The position numbers and the translations under genes were made by a program. From Lytechinus pictus (lineage: Eukaryota), in contig NC_087251.1 of the NCBI RefSeq assembly GCF_037042905.1, positions 33,420,001-33,484,000 on the forward strand: a stretch of DNA of 64,000 nt, written 5' to 3'. Within the stretch, counting starts at the first letter, position 1. Each line of letters opens with the position of its first letter. Below the pieces are notes generated by a model. It searched no databases and was not told where the DNA came from. It saw only the letters and a program-made list of their open reading frames with translations. Below, piece by piece: positions 13,190 to 26,623 of this stretch.

Positions 13190-13255
13190 TGGTGGCCATT
13201 TTGTGAGTGTTAGGGTTTGCTCCATTGAATCAAGGTCAGTTGCTATGGTAACTTC
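13190..13255. promoter_or_regulatory. Candidate promoter motifs: YY1-like gccatttt and RFX X-box gttgctatggtaac
   Basis: Near-palindromic gttgctatggtaac at 13239-13252 matches the RFX consensus; gccatttt lies at ~13195-13202. Confidence 0.3.
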
Positions 13256-16195
13256 CCAACTTGGGTGAGTCTTCTTGGCTGCTGGTCATTTTTTTTTTGT
13301 GTACAATTTTTCAAATAAATCTCTTGGAAAACAAATCTTGCTATTTTTACTTGTATTTTGTCCCTTTTGTCGTCTGCTGTGATCTCCCCCTCCCTTTCTA
13401 ATATGCTCTCACCACCCCTTTTATCTATTATGACCACCCCCCCCCCCATTTCATCTGTAGTGATATCCCCTCCCCTTTCATCTACATTGATTGATCTCTC
13501 CCTCCCTTTTATCTAGTGTGATCTCCCCACCCCCTTTATCTACAATGACCCCCACCTAATCTATTGTCTTCTAATCCCACCCCTTTACTTACTGTAATCT
13601 CCCTGCCCCTTTTGCAAGCCAAAGCAGACAATGTTCCTGTAATCTGTAACTTTTAGGTTCATGGCACTTTACAACTTGTAGAAGGTAAACCAATTCTAGG
13701 AGGGTGGTGTTCATCACTAAACAATTTATGTTGCTTTCAAGTTAAGATATTGCCAAGATTATGCCTTTATAGTCAGGACTTCCATATAATTTTATTAGAA
13801 AGCCAAGAACTTTATTCTTTAATTTTGGTCATGTTTTCTGACATTTTGAAAATTTTTATCATCCACCCTCCTGATTTTTTTTCAAGGTAATGCCATACTT
13901 TTGCTTGCAGCAGGTCAGGTTTAATCCCCTTCCCCAATTGAGCATTGCACATTCATAAAAATGTCCCCCCCCCCTCCCTGCTTTGATTGAGCAGTAAATA
14001 TTCATCACGAAAACCCCATAAAGATTTTTTTTTTTTAATGACATGTTGGCCATTCTTTCATCGAATTGGTGATTTTTACGTGGTTCTAAAGAATCATTTT
14101 CATTGTTTAATAATGTGCAAGTCTCAATTGGTCACCCTGCCACCACCCCACCCCCACCATTCAGAACTAGATAAAATGTTGCAAAATTGATCAAAATTGA
14201 GGGCCAAACTTTTTCTCCTTGCAAATATGGGTTTGTAATACCAACGCATCCATTGTTGTACTGTTATTTTGAGGTAATTTCAATATCCAACAAATGAGAG
14301 TAACTTCAGCCAGTCTCAAAATATTTTTTTTCCATTATCCAAATTAAAAATGAAAAGTAAAATGGTTATTCATCGTGGATAACTCGATACCCAATAACGA
14401 CCCACTTTGCAACATTCCGAGTATAAATAAGATACGGATTTTTTTTTTTACAAGAGTGAACTTCACAAAATGCAAATAAGTTTGAAGAATTGCTTTAATT
14501 TTTTTACAGCATTTTAGATAAGAGAAATTTCTGACAATGTGCTGTATATTTTGTCACACGTTTAATTTGTATCCTTGAAATATGAATATCAATGAATTTG
14601 AAAGAGACGCAATACATGGGATTTAGAATTTTAGAATCCACAAAACAAGAATAAATTAGGCCCATTACTTCAAATTGGCAAGGCTAAAGGATACAGGGCC
14701 TACGACTAGGTTATGGACAAAGTTCTGTTTTCAAGTGTTTCTTACATCTATCATAAGAGGTTTCGAATCTGAAGATATCGGAAGTTTTTCTATTATCAAT
14801 TCTTTTGGTGAAGTGCTCGGGTTTATTTGCATTTCATGGAGTTCACTCTTATCCACATCCAGTGGTAAGGAGGGAGAGAGACACAGGAAAGAGGCGGATA
14901 GGGGGGAGGAGGAACAGAAAGAATAGAGAGGGAATGAGTGAAGAAGATGTGGGAGAGGGATAAAATAATGAGAGGAAGGGGAAAGAGCAAGGGTTGTCAG
15001 AGAGAAGGTAAATGGTATGAGATGGTAGGAGCCGTAGATTAAGATTGATGTGACTGAGCTAGTTATAGGCCAACTTCAATCGGATGAGAATAGACAAAAG
15101 TAAATGAGGTGACGTGAAGGATTACTGAAGTTGAAATGTAAAATATGTAACGAAAGGAGATGAGTAATGCAAGAGAGCGTTCGGGATAACTTGAATGGCG
15201 TAAAGGGAAAAGGTGAAGTTTGAGTTCTTTGAAGGATAAAAGATTGTTTTAATTTGAAATTTATATCAAATTGGGGGGAATGAATTATTTAAGATGGTGT
15301 TGAGAGGATAGATCTTATGATAAAGATGAGAAAGATGGGGAGGTATACTGTGTCGAGAAAGAAAATTAGGAAGATTAACAACGAAGAAAGGTGTATGAAT
15401 GCAACTTAACAGACAAGAAGAGAGAATGGAGTAGAGACACATAGGAAAGGAATACGATTCAAGAAAAATATTAAGTAATAAAAAAAAAGAAAAATGAGGA
15501 ACGAAGTTAGTGATGGAAATGTTAAAAATTGAAGGGGAAGAGAAAGAGCTAGAGAGAGGGATGCGGGGGGTGAGAGAATGACTGTGTCGATAATAAATAC
15601 AAGTAGCCAAAAGGAGGGTGTAACACAATCATTTAATTATCTTTATAAAATGGTGATATGGATCCTAATAAAATCACTGACTGAAATCTTGTCATGTGAC
15701 CAGTCAGAAATAATTTCAGCATTTTAACATGAAAATTTGGTAATGACAGGTTTTCATGATCAGTTGTTTTAACCAGTCATGCTTTGGGATTAGAATGGTT
15801 TATCAAATAACAAGGATCCGCATCACTATTTTATAAAAATATATAATACACATCATTTTGCATGGATATTAGAACAACAACATTGAACATTTCACATGGA
15901 GCATTCAACAGAATTGTATCGTTCTTATAAAGAGTTACGATTGATCCGATCAGCCTCAACTATATGGAAATCCATTATTGGCATATTATTTTCTACATGA
16001 AATTTGCACGATATCCTCTGTAAACAAAGAGAAGCACGCTGAATTTTCAAGAAAGCTTATGAATGTATAAATAAATATATCTAGAAACATTTTGAACAAA
16101 CATGCACTTTAGATGTTGACGTTGATGGCTTTCCATAGCTGTGGTTGATCGGATTAACTGCCACTCTTTGTTAGATGGGGCCCTGAAGGCTATAG

Positions 16196-16953
16196 GGGTT
16201 GTTTTACAATCAGGGTATACCAGCTGTCTCATTCGACAAAAAAAATCTTTGGTTTTCCTCATTTTTTGGCGTGTAAAAAGGGTGAAATAGTGTTAGTTAC
16301 ATTGTGAGGCATATATATTAAAGGCCAGTTTTATTTTTGTGGGGGTTCAATCTTTAAATTAGATGTTGTGTCAACTGTCAATTTTTTCGCAAAGGATGAC
16401 TCTTTTGGACAGAAATTGATTTGACAACAGTGGAACACATATGACTGGAAAAATAAGCGGAAGTGGACAAATGGATTTGTTTGCATATAATTACACAAGT
16501 ATTCTTAAAGTCAAAACATTATCTATCAGGTAATGTCTCATTATGAGTGAAAATATAGAGTTCGGAAGAAAATAACATTTATCGATAGAATTGGCACTCA
16601 TTATTGGTTGTCATTAAAGAAATAAAATTGTCCGCAGCTTCTGAGAATTTGGGGTTTTTAAACAATTTCAATAATCAATTCTGATTGGAAAACAATGCAT
16701 AATGATTGTAAATCATAGAGATGCGCGAGCTCGAAATTGGGAAAATGAGGACATAAGAAGGCGATTTTTGCCCTAAAATGCCGCATATGGTAAACTTTGA
16801 GAAGTAAAAGTATATTCAATAATTTCCCCTTCTTGCAATTTGCTCTAACAGTGCCCAATATCTTGCCACCATAGATTTAAGATTACAGTACACATATTTA
16901 TTATGATGCACGGTAGGCCTCTTTGATGATATGCACTGATTGTAAAACAACCC
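16196..16953. mobile_element. Non-autonomous DNA transposon with perfect 18-bp TIRs
   Basis: gggttgttttacaatcag (16196-16213) and ctgattgtaaaacaaccc (16936-16953). Confidence 0.8.
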
Positions 16954-18458
16954 ACATAAACATACATGTAAGTCCGCATCCTGCATCATAGCCGATGGAC
17001 GGAGGAAAGGGGCATTTTTGTCATTTTCATTGATTCAACTCCCAATCTGTAAAACAAAATAAGCAGCACAGAAAGTTTTCACCACCTTTACCAAATAATT
17101 TTGGTGTAATATTAGTTCTTTTCACGGATATAAGGCACAGGATATCGCGTTTTGGGATTAGGATTTCAATTAATGTCCACATTATTTTGGTGGAAGCTGC
17201 GCAATTTCAGTGAAAGCACCCCCCCCCCTCCACCCCCGGGAATTGACGGTCGAATACTGGAAGGGGTGCTATTTTTAACGCTTGTTCCGGCGGGGCGCCT
17301 GTACCAACACAGCAAAAACACACCGAAGAATTTCTTGAGGAGGATGTCGCAAAATTTTGGCTTGCCTAACACAAAATAGAGACACGCGTAATAGTTGTGT
17401 TTAATTCAGGTAAAGATTCAACAAAAAAGTGCAAGCTCCCACGTTCTTTTCAAGAGGGGGGGTTCTAAGACCATGGAAATGAGCCCACCTTTCCACAGTA
17501 TATGGTCTTATCCCACATACTTTTATACGTATTGTAGAATTATCCTGCCCCTCCTACTTCAACCGGCTATGCTGCGAACTTATATTTCCTTTATGAAATG
17601 ATAAATATTCAAAGCCTGTTGTTTCTAGAGCAACAGTAGAAATCTCATGAGATGCTGAAGGATATCTCATTGAAAAAAAATCGGCAAGTGAGCTGAAAGA
17701 AGAAAATGTGGAATTTTAACTCTCCCAAACTTCAGTTTTGGTGCATTTACCTTTTGTATGATAAAGATTATAATTTTTCTTCATCCCCATTTTTTCTGCT
17801 CTCCCTCAAAGTGTTGCCCTAGGGTAACATTAAAAAAAAACATTTAACCTGTAAGAATGCTGCAAACACTGAACATTTATTATGCTTAACAAGGGCGTGA
17901 AATTATTCGATTTGAGGGGATTCATGCGATGAAGCAAAGCGACCGAGCTTTTGAAGAAAAAAATATTGTCCTTTAACATCTAGATTTGATGCATTACCAA
18001 TAATTAGGGCCTATTCCTTTGGGAATCACCATGAACCACACGTGTTTCTGCTGAAATCCAAATGAAGCCTTAAAAATTTTTTTTATGATATTTGAAATGG
18101 AACAAAGTGCCTGAATTACCACCCCTCTAGACAAGTTAGACTGTTAGAGACTTTGGCATACATCAAGGGAACGTCCCTGAGAACGCTTATTAGAATTCAG
18201 TCTCGAATCCACACTCAGGTAATGTATAAAATTCAAAGATTCCCGTCCACAAGGTAGACGAAAGTTTTGTTACCTTGTTCTTTACGCTTTTTCGTCCAAA
18301 TAATGCAATAAAATTTCAAAACAGATAATGGAGAAGTAGAAGAGCAACGTTCTCGCATTCGTGAAAGGTGAACCAAATTGGTTGACTTTTTTTGTTCCAT
18401 CGAATCCTACTGTTATATTTAATAGAAACATTCCCGTCATGTAACGCAAAGTCTCTTA

Positions 18459-18863
18459 AAGCCACCTTACGACTGGTCAACGATCCGATTCTGGAACAAA
18501 TCGCATTTCGCTCGTTTTCTCAAAATGTGAAAAGAAAAATATATTTGTTTATTTCAGGTTCAAATTAACTGTAAGAATACTAATATAACAAATTAGGATG
18601 ATTGCAAGCCTTCATTTTTTTTAGTTAAGGCCAAATTGGTTTCAAATCGTATGATAGCTATGACGTCATTACGACTAGCTATTGGATTAACTTTTATTCT
18701 AATAAGGATGACAGCATAGTCACAGATTTGAACATAGGTATTCGTACGAATTTGTAGAATATTGAGACAGACAGATATTCCATGTCTCAATATTAGAATC
18801 AAATTATATTACGTTTTATTCCAAAATCGGGTCGCAGAGCAATCGTAAGATGTGTGGTGGCCC
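18459..18863. mobile_element. PIF/Harbinger-type MITE
   Basis: Imperfect long TIRs (gccacc..ttacgactggtc..cgatccgattctggaa / ttccaaaatcgggtcgc..caatcgtaag..ggtggccc) with TTA on both sides. Confidence 0.7.
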
Positions 18864-18865
18864 TT

Positions 18866-19328
18866 AGGCTCTGGTCAGCGGAAGACATGCATAAGATCAA
18901 CTGGATCTTTGCAATCACTCCTGACCAAAATGAGACTGCATCGGATGAACTTTCCAATCACTGCATCTGCATGGTATTATTCGTCGACCGAAGTCCATTT
19001 TCCACATCTCATCTTACTCCTCAAAGTATAAACTGGGTCCTCTCAAGTGGCAACTCGATGGGGATGGTCAGCAATGACATCAGATCTCATCTCACCGTAA
19101 GATAAGCACATGCGGATCAGTGGATGACTTCCAAGCAGCATTCTCCTATCCACAAATTCCTCCAGCATCTCCTGATGAAAACCCGTTCCATTCCTCGCTG
19201 ACCAGGACACATGGATGGTGAAATGTACTCGAGGTAAGCCTCTTCCACTTGTGGCTCATTATGCATGAGGTGGTCATCAGTCGTCTTTCTTGGTGTTGAA
19301 GTCTTGGTTAATGTGGACAATTCTTGCG
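18866..19328 (-). pseudogene. Death-domain-like pseudo-exon, copy 1
   Basis: Acceptor ttttcccccaacag at 19329-19342 on the - strand. Frame reads FVDRRMLLGSHPLIRMCLSYGEMRSDVIADHPHRVAT*EDPVYTLRSKMRCGKWTSVDE*...SDCKDPVDLMH, with internal stops and a frameshift. Ends at the MITE. Confidence 0.5.
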
Positions 19329-19463
19329 CTGTTGGGGGAAAATAAACAGTCTTGTATATCCATGTTCCGTTTCTCTTCTATGACATCCAGCTATGGGTAT
19401 CAGTTGCCGATGAAAATCAAGGTTTCCATGGTAGCTACAACAATGGCAATTTTTTTTTGTCCA

Positions 19464-19596
19464 GGGGGGGGGGCGCGTCCCAGCCCCATCCCCCTGAATT
19501 TCAAATTTGGTACAGGAGCCGATGGGATCCTCTCCCATCGGCGCCTGTACCAAATTTGAAATTCAGGGGGATTGGGGTGGACTGCCCCCCCCCCCC
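19464..19596. repeat. Long near-perfect hairpin (foldback/MITE-like)
   Basis: 40-bp arms at 19488-19527 and 19533-19572 with one mismatch and a 5-nt loop, extended by a G-run and a C-run. Confidence 0.9.
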
Positions 19597-20344
19597 TGCA
19601 ATCGCCGGCAGTGCTTGCCACCCAGGTAAAATTGATATAAATTAATGCGCAGTACTGAATGAACTCATACCTGCATATTATTATTTTTATTGTATTTTTG
19701 AAAATATATCCAAATATGTTTCATAGATTTTTGAACTATTTTATCAACTTGGCAAACTCCATATCACTGTAAAACCAGGGCGTTGAAACAAATTGGTATT
19801 GGTATTGGTATCTTTTTTCCATATCACAATATAAAAAAAACAATACAATGTAAATTTATTACATAACAAAAATGAAAGGTATAGTGAAATGGCTGGATAA
19901 GACCACTCAGCTTTGTTAACGCTGTTCTTTCCTGGGGTACAGAGCATGCATAACAAAATATACTGTACATGACAAAAAGAAAAGCATGATTACAAATCCA
20001 AGCAAGATATTTGACATTAAAAAAATAATGAAAAAAATAATGGAAAAAGAAAACTTTGTAAGATACCCTCACCCCTCCCCGAAACCTGCCCTCCACCCAA
20101 CCCTAACTCTGGATTAAATTTACTAAAATGCCAATTAGTGTCCCCAGAGGACCACGCCCTAAGGTGTAAAAAATACAACCGAGGGCTTGGAAACATAACA
20201 CCAGAGTGTAAAAGTAGCAATCAAACGTGTTGAACAAACAACAAAACGTTAACTCTGGATTAAATTTACTCATTGTGGTCCTCTATCAATAATCAACACC
20301 ATGGCTCAAACGGGAATTAATGGAATTGGCCCGTCAAAAAATGA

Positions 20345-20543
20345 CGTGTTAGACTTCATCTCACCGTAAGATAACCACATGCGGAATTGCAGATGCCGTC
20401 CAAGCAACATTCACCTATCCACCTGCAAGGATGTTGATGTTAACTCGATCGTAGGCCTGTATTCCACTTCCAATTTTGGCTCAGGATGTGCATCGGATAA
20501 GTGGTAATCGGATGACTTGGTCGACATCAGGTTAATTATTGTG
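20345..20543 (-). pseudogene. Death-domain-like pseudo-exon, copy 2 (truncated paralog of copy 1)
   Basis: Same acceptor (ttccttccaacag) and shared nucleotide block catctcaccgtaagataa.cacatgcgga. Reads QVDR*MLLGRHLQFRMWLSYGEMKS, with TGA at the expected Trp position. Confidence 0.5.
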
Positions 20544-21654
20544 CTGTTGGAAGGAAAAATATAAAAAAGTATACACGTGAAGTATTAAGTTAACATAATT
20601 GTAACTATTTTACATTTCTTAATATTCCTTTATCTAGTGTGTCACGAATGAACAGAGGCATGGCTACGGGGAGGGGGTGGGGCATATGCTCCCCCGCAAA
20701 TTTTGTGTGCACACTGTGTGCCCCCCCCCCCATCCCTCGCCCCCGGCCCCCAGTTCCCCCATGAAAAAAATGAAGGAAGCTCCACCAAAAAAAAAATCAC
20801 AGACACCTATCACGAGGCAAAAAAAGGAAAGGTAAAAGCGTGATATACAATTTTTTTAAAATGTGCTACAAGAATGCGAAGTTTCATATGCGTAAATTTA
20901 ATCCCCCGAACGAGTCCTAGATGATTTTTTTAGGAGCAGCCACCCCCAACTAGCCAACAAGGACCATGGTCGACGCATGTATCCGGCGAATAGTATAGAT
21001 ACATGTAGGAAGTGAAATTCTGTTCAGGCCAGGCTTTCATCAGCACTCTCATTTTAGAGCAGTTCATGACTTGAATGGAATTCTGTTTTATTCATGATTA
21101 TATACTTTCTTTGTTTTCATCATTCTTGGGAGGGAGTGGGGCTTGAGCCCCACCCCACCCGTAGAACCACACCTTTTTGACAATAAGCTCTTCATTAAAT
21201 TTATAAAAATGATAATAAGTTCCACCAATGACATCGTACATATGGTTATTAAAATCTATTTCGTTACGAGGAAAAAATAAATATTCCATATTTCATTTGA
21301 TAAACTTTAAATCAATATAAAAAGGCCGGGTGACGTCACATGTTTTCTCATTAGACTTTTTTCAATCAATCTGGATCTTTTTCATAAAGACTCACAATTA
21401 TTGTAACTTTTACATTATACTGAGGTAACAGAGATCAGGTCACCTTTCCTGTGTATTTACAATAATGACAAAGATACCATTACTGTAAACCTACATAATT
21501 ACGATAGGAATTTTGATCAATGTTATTGTTGATAGTAATAGATTTTAATGTACAAAAAGAGACTAATTTTATTGCAGAAAACATCCTTTAAGCTATATAC
21601 TTTGTCAGCTTTATACAGAAATATCTCCTTTCCCTTTGTCTCTTGACATCAGGG

Positions 21655-21960
21655 AGTTTTGGCCATCGCGACACAAAACGAATTTAAGAACACAGTAAAT
21701 TATTTAAAATGCCCGTCAAATGACAATGAACAGCTTTCAGGTCTTTGTCGAAAGTTAGTGAACCGAAACCGCAGTTTCGTCCTAAGTTTTGAACCTGACG
21801 AAAAAATGCAAATATGTCGGTTGTCTAGAGTCCAAGATTAAACTGTTGTTTTGATTCATCAATTTTCGACAAATCTTCTTGGTTGCTTTTTGTCATGAAG
21901 GGCATTTGAAAATACATTCGCTATGTTCTTGAAAGCGTTCTGCGTTGCGATGCAAAAACT
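21655..21960. mobile_element. Old MITE with ~70-bp degenerate TIRs
   Basis: agttttggccatcgcgacacaaaacg..aagaaca..aaatgccc..atgaca mirrors tgtcat..gggcattt..tgttctt..cgttctgcgttgcgatgcaaaaact. A (TC)n microsatellite follows. Confidence 0.65.
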
Positions 21961-23759
21961 ATCTCTCTCTCTCTCTCTCTCTCTCTCTGTCACAACCCAA
22001 TTCAGGGTTATTTTACACTCAAGGTGTACCCATCTGGACTAAAAATAAATAATTGTTTTGTTTTTCTTCAATAATTTATGATTGTGTGTGCAAGACTGAG
22101 TTGTAAAGAAAAATAAGCAAAATAATCCATTTTGATTTTGAGGCACAAAGTCAGCCACTTACTTATTATGGGCATTCAATATTGGCCTACACGTTCTGTA
22201 AACTTTTCGGAGAGGAGTCGACCCTCTTAGCCCGCCTTTTGGACAGCAATCGATTTGACAACATAGGAACGAAATCTGTTAGGAATATCAGTGGATGTTG
22301 GCGAAGTGAACATCGCATAAACATATTCTTTTCAAGTAATTGACAGAATTGGCATTCAAATTTCGGGTAATTGTCACAAAACGAATATAGCTTTGGGTTT
22401 TTGTTTTTGTGTTTTTCAAACAAATTATTGCATTCGACAGTTTATTCTGATTGGTAATGCCAAATAATTGGCAATAAAGATGTACGGGCTCAAATGAAAG
22501 AAAGAGAACACGAAATGAGTAGTTTTTGACTAGTTTTTGACCTAAAAATGCCAGATGTGGTCAATCTGTATAAGATCTTTTAGGTTACTCTTACAGTTCT
22601 CAGTAGCTTGTCACTCATTCAATGTACAAGATTTTGATATTACCCTTTCCTCAGTAACCCCTGTGTGCTGAAATAAGGTTGGCAATGTTTGGCTTGTTTT
22701 CTCTTGATCAAGTGGATAAATGCTATTTTTGGGCACAATCAGATTTTACTTTGGTCCAAACTAAACTGAATCATTTCAGAGTTTGTGTGCCATATTTTTA
22801 CTTTCGACCATTAGAGTCTCACAAAATATGCTCAAAATTACAGTTGTTGAAATATCTGGTGAATAAAAAAGAACTTTCACTAAGATTGTCAAATTCTGAT
22901 TCATAGATAGCTTTCTTCAGTGTGTGTTGAATGCTGCACAAAACTCAACACAGACAGTCTGCATGGCTGCAGACTGCAAGCGGCAAACACCATAATACTT
23001 TGAGCCATTTAAAAGGTTCCAAACATTTAGATAATTATTTCACTTACCAAGTTATCATCAAATCACTTGTTGAATTCATTACCAAATCAATTGTTTCCAT
23101 CATTTTCTCTCTCTTACGAAGTAATATCAGAAAAGAAATCTGTCGGAAGTCCGCTGTTTAAAAACTGTGGTCGTCGGTGGCACATCATTCCTTCTTTCAG
23201 CTTTCACGCCATGTATTGTTTGAGTTGCCGTATTCACGATTTGCACGCTCTGTTGGCAAAATACAATCACTCTCTCCTGCCTATCACACCAGCTATTCGA
23301 AATTCCCGCCATTGTGCGCTCGTTTATCTCCCCAGTAACTAGTCCGGGGGGGGGGGGGCACAAATTGTACCCTGTCGCCTTTCCAGCTAATTTAGAACAG
23401 GGACGTGTTCGGAAACCAATTTGACCTCCATTTTTCCATTTTGTAGTGACAAACTTTTGTGTTGGCTTTTCAAATTTACATCAGCACCCCCAGTAAAAAA
23501 AAAATCGTTTCCAGGTCCCTGTAAAATCTTAATTAATATAATTCCGTATCATTATCATCAGTTTGTTCATTGAATATTCATGAAGACCTGCATAGAACTG
23601 TTTCACCGAATTAATGCAAATCTTTAAAATGTCATAACTTCGTTACATTCCTTGAACTTCGTTATTCCTTGTCCGATTTTGATGATATTTTCAGTATTGT
23701 GTGTGTCTGATTTTCTTCATCTGTTCAAGTCAAATTAATTGTTGTATATCGATCCAACT

Positions 23760-24401
23760 TGATGCAGTCCATGGCCCATCACCAATCTATCTGCGGAACT
23801 CGATACAGGCATACCAACCCTCTCGTGTACTACGATCATCAGACTCTTCTCAACTTAAAGTTCCTATAGATGAAGCAGTCTTGGGGTGACCATAGCTTTT
23901 CCCATGCAGCCCCCTCTATGTTGAACAGTCTTCCTCTTCCTCTCCGACAGGCTTCCTTCGTCTCTTCTTTTAAACAATTACTTAAAACCAGGGGCGGATC
24001 CAGGATTTTCCAGGGGGGGGGGGCACAGTGCATTAAAACACATCTTTCCACCTTTTGATTTTATTCTTCACTTATATTAACTGTATTATCGTTATCAAAT
24101 CTTGCAATTTATTCATTTAAATCAGTCAAATTAATAACATTGAATTGACCTTTATAGATCATAGATGTTTAAGCTATATTAATCAATCATTCTTATTTTT
24201 ATTATTTGATTAAAGTAGGATTGTTCCTGTAAATCAAACTAAGTCATATCTGTCTAAAGTTTCCTCCAGTTTTTTTTTTAGCTCCGTATACCATTAAGTT
24301 TAAAAGTTTGTACTTTTAATACAAGTTCATGAGCGTCAAGCCTGACGGATGTATGCGCTTTAAAAGAATCCACCCTTATTATTATCATTATTATTATTAT
24401 T
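23760..24401 (+). mobile_element. 3' end of an L2/CR1-group LINE
   Basis: ORF2 C-terminus-like HGPSPIYLRNSIQAYQPSRVLRSSD...GDHSFSHAAPSMLNSLPLPLRQASFVSSFKQLLKT, followed by an AT-rich 3' UTR, a gcgctttaaaaga tail motif and (ATT)n. Interrupted at ~23989-24033 by a short ggggcggatccagg insert flanked by ttaaaac repeats. Confidence 0.8.
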
Positions 24402-25429
24402 CAAAACTCCTCAGAACCACGAGGAATGGTTTTGAAGATTTTTGTGCTTTTTTAGGGCAAAGTTGAAAACCACCATTTTGCTCAATTACTCACTCATCCA
24501 TTCAGTTTTGTTGATTTCTTTTTTTTTTCATCTACTTTTCTCATCTTTGCCCATGTATATCTTCAGCTATAAAAGAAATCACGTTTATCCCTTCCGGGCT
24601 TCTGTTTTGCCTGGTGAGCAAAAGAAAGTTTCTGTCATTGATAGTTTTTTTTTTTTTTTCATCCTCAATTGAAATCATAATGTTTTCATGTTTGTGGGGC
24701 CCTCCAGGCCTACTGTCTGGGCCCCGGTACAGGATTAAGTTGCTGGCATTGGTATTTTTGTGAACCCCAGTTTACACTGTATTGCAAAAAGAATGATCCA
24801 TGTATGTTTTCAGTGAAATAAATCAATTGTATGACATCTGGATCATTTGAGTCTGCTCTCTGGGACCCCGTAGATAATAAAATTGCAGGAATTGGTATTT
24901 TGTGAACCCTCAAGTATGCAGGTTCAATTTCAGGTTCCATATGACCCGGTAGCAACATGTTTCCTTGACCATTATCATAATGTGATCATAATAGGACCAT
25001 CGAACATTTTGTATATCAAACTCTCAGCCAGCTCCGGAATAAAGAATCGATTTCATATTCATTGTTTATAATAATGATAATAATAATAATAATATATCAT
25101 AATAGCATAAGCTGAATTCAGCAATATTTAATAAGAAATAATATTGAAATAGTTTTACACAAATACATTCAAAGCATGAACATATATAAATATCAATAAT
25201 ACTTTTTTTGGGTAATATGAATGCAAAATAACGACATTATCAAGAGAATATTTGAAAAATCTGTAATGATTATAGTTAATTGCAAACAATAATTATATAT
25301 TTTCTTAATAGGCATTAAACGAGAATGCGGAAGGTAAGAAATTGTGATATGAATTTTGTGACCTGTCGACATACGGACCCTGCCGATTTTGACGCCACCA
25401 ATTCCAAGAAGACAATGCAGCTGATGCTC

Positions 25430-25682
25430 ACCGTGTGTGTGTGTCGAACGAATAAAGCTATACGCGTGTGTGTGTGTGTGTGCATGTGGCGTCGCTATGC
25501 TCTGTGCGAGGGAGACACACATAGACAGAAGCAGAGAACTGGGCATTGCTACTGGTATTTTATTCCACGGTAGGGAAAGCGTTGGAATGGCGGTTCATGT
25601 ATCATCTGCATCATTCGGATAAAGGGTTGCATACATGACTGTCACTGTGTGGTAAGCTGCTACTACATTTGCTTTCTGCAAG
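25430..25682 (+). other. Probable non-coding first exon/promoter region of the TMEM196-like gene
   Basis: CpG-containing island in AT-rich DNA with (GT)n tracts and two strong donors (GTAAGC at 25652, GTAAGA at 25683), upstream of the acceptor ending at 28944. The 5' boundary is approximate. Confidence 0.5.
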
Positions 25683-26623
25683 GTAAGATTGCTTTTATTG
25701 CGACGAAATTTGTCCCAAATATTCCCCAGTGAAGAAGTGGTATTTTAACATCTTCCTTAGATAGCTGTAACTCAATGACAATGCTGTTCGGTTTTCAATG
25801 TGATCATCATCGTTGATTTTATTTTTTATAATCATGAAAAATGTGTCGTTATTCCAATTCTATGCTATTTTTAAATAGATATATTCTCTTTTGGAAATAT
25901 TCTAGACCTAGACCCTTTCTATTCACAATTTTTTTTCTCACACCCAAAATTCGGATGCTATAAGGTGGAGGCCGTTAAGATATAAATACTGTGATATAGG
26001 TAATGTTATTATGCACAACAATAAATGTAGCTGTCTTATTCTAAGCTACATAGGAAAAACGTTACTATTTGCTTAAGCCAATGTGCCATTAATGACTAGC
26101 ATAATGTTTCCACACTGTTAGATGATACAGTCAATGGTAAGGTTGTGTGACATTTCTTTTTTTAAATTTATACATTTAGAATACAGTGTGGCTAGACCGG
26201 TGAAGAATAAAACAACATTGTAGGTTCTCATTTCAAATATAATGTATTGTACACCGAATGGAAACATGCCATGGGCATAATATTTGGTCCAGTAATGTAT
26301 GCAGGTCTCACCATTGAAGTTTTTATTTTACTGCTAAAATGCATCATTCAAATAGCTATCATACGCTGCCTTTCTGCAATCAATGAATATAATTATTCTA
26401 GCATTTTTTTTTTCAAAGGAAACTTGCGTGTTTATATGATTCGATATCATCACATTATATCAAACAGAAATCAATTTTTACAAAAGGCCTGTATTCGCCG
26501 CATACACACTAGCACAAATGCCTCCACATATACCCATGCACACCCACACTCGCAGACACACACACACACACATCTATACATAAACATTAACCTTTACGCC
26601 GGGGATTCCCCCAATGTTTATAT

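Noticed and set aside
14870..15630. ORFs in purine/pyrimidine-skewed tracts (also 38960-39270, 44950-45520, 59655-60064)
   Set aside because: Simple-sequence tracts lack stop codons by composition; not coding.
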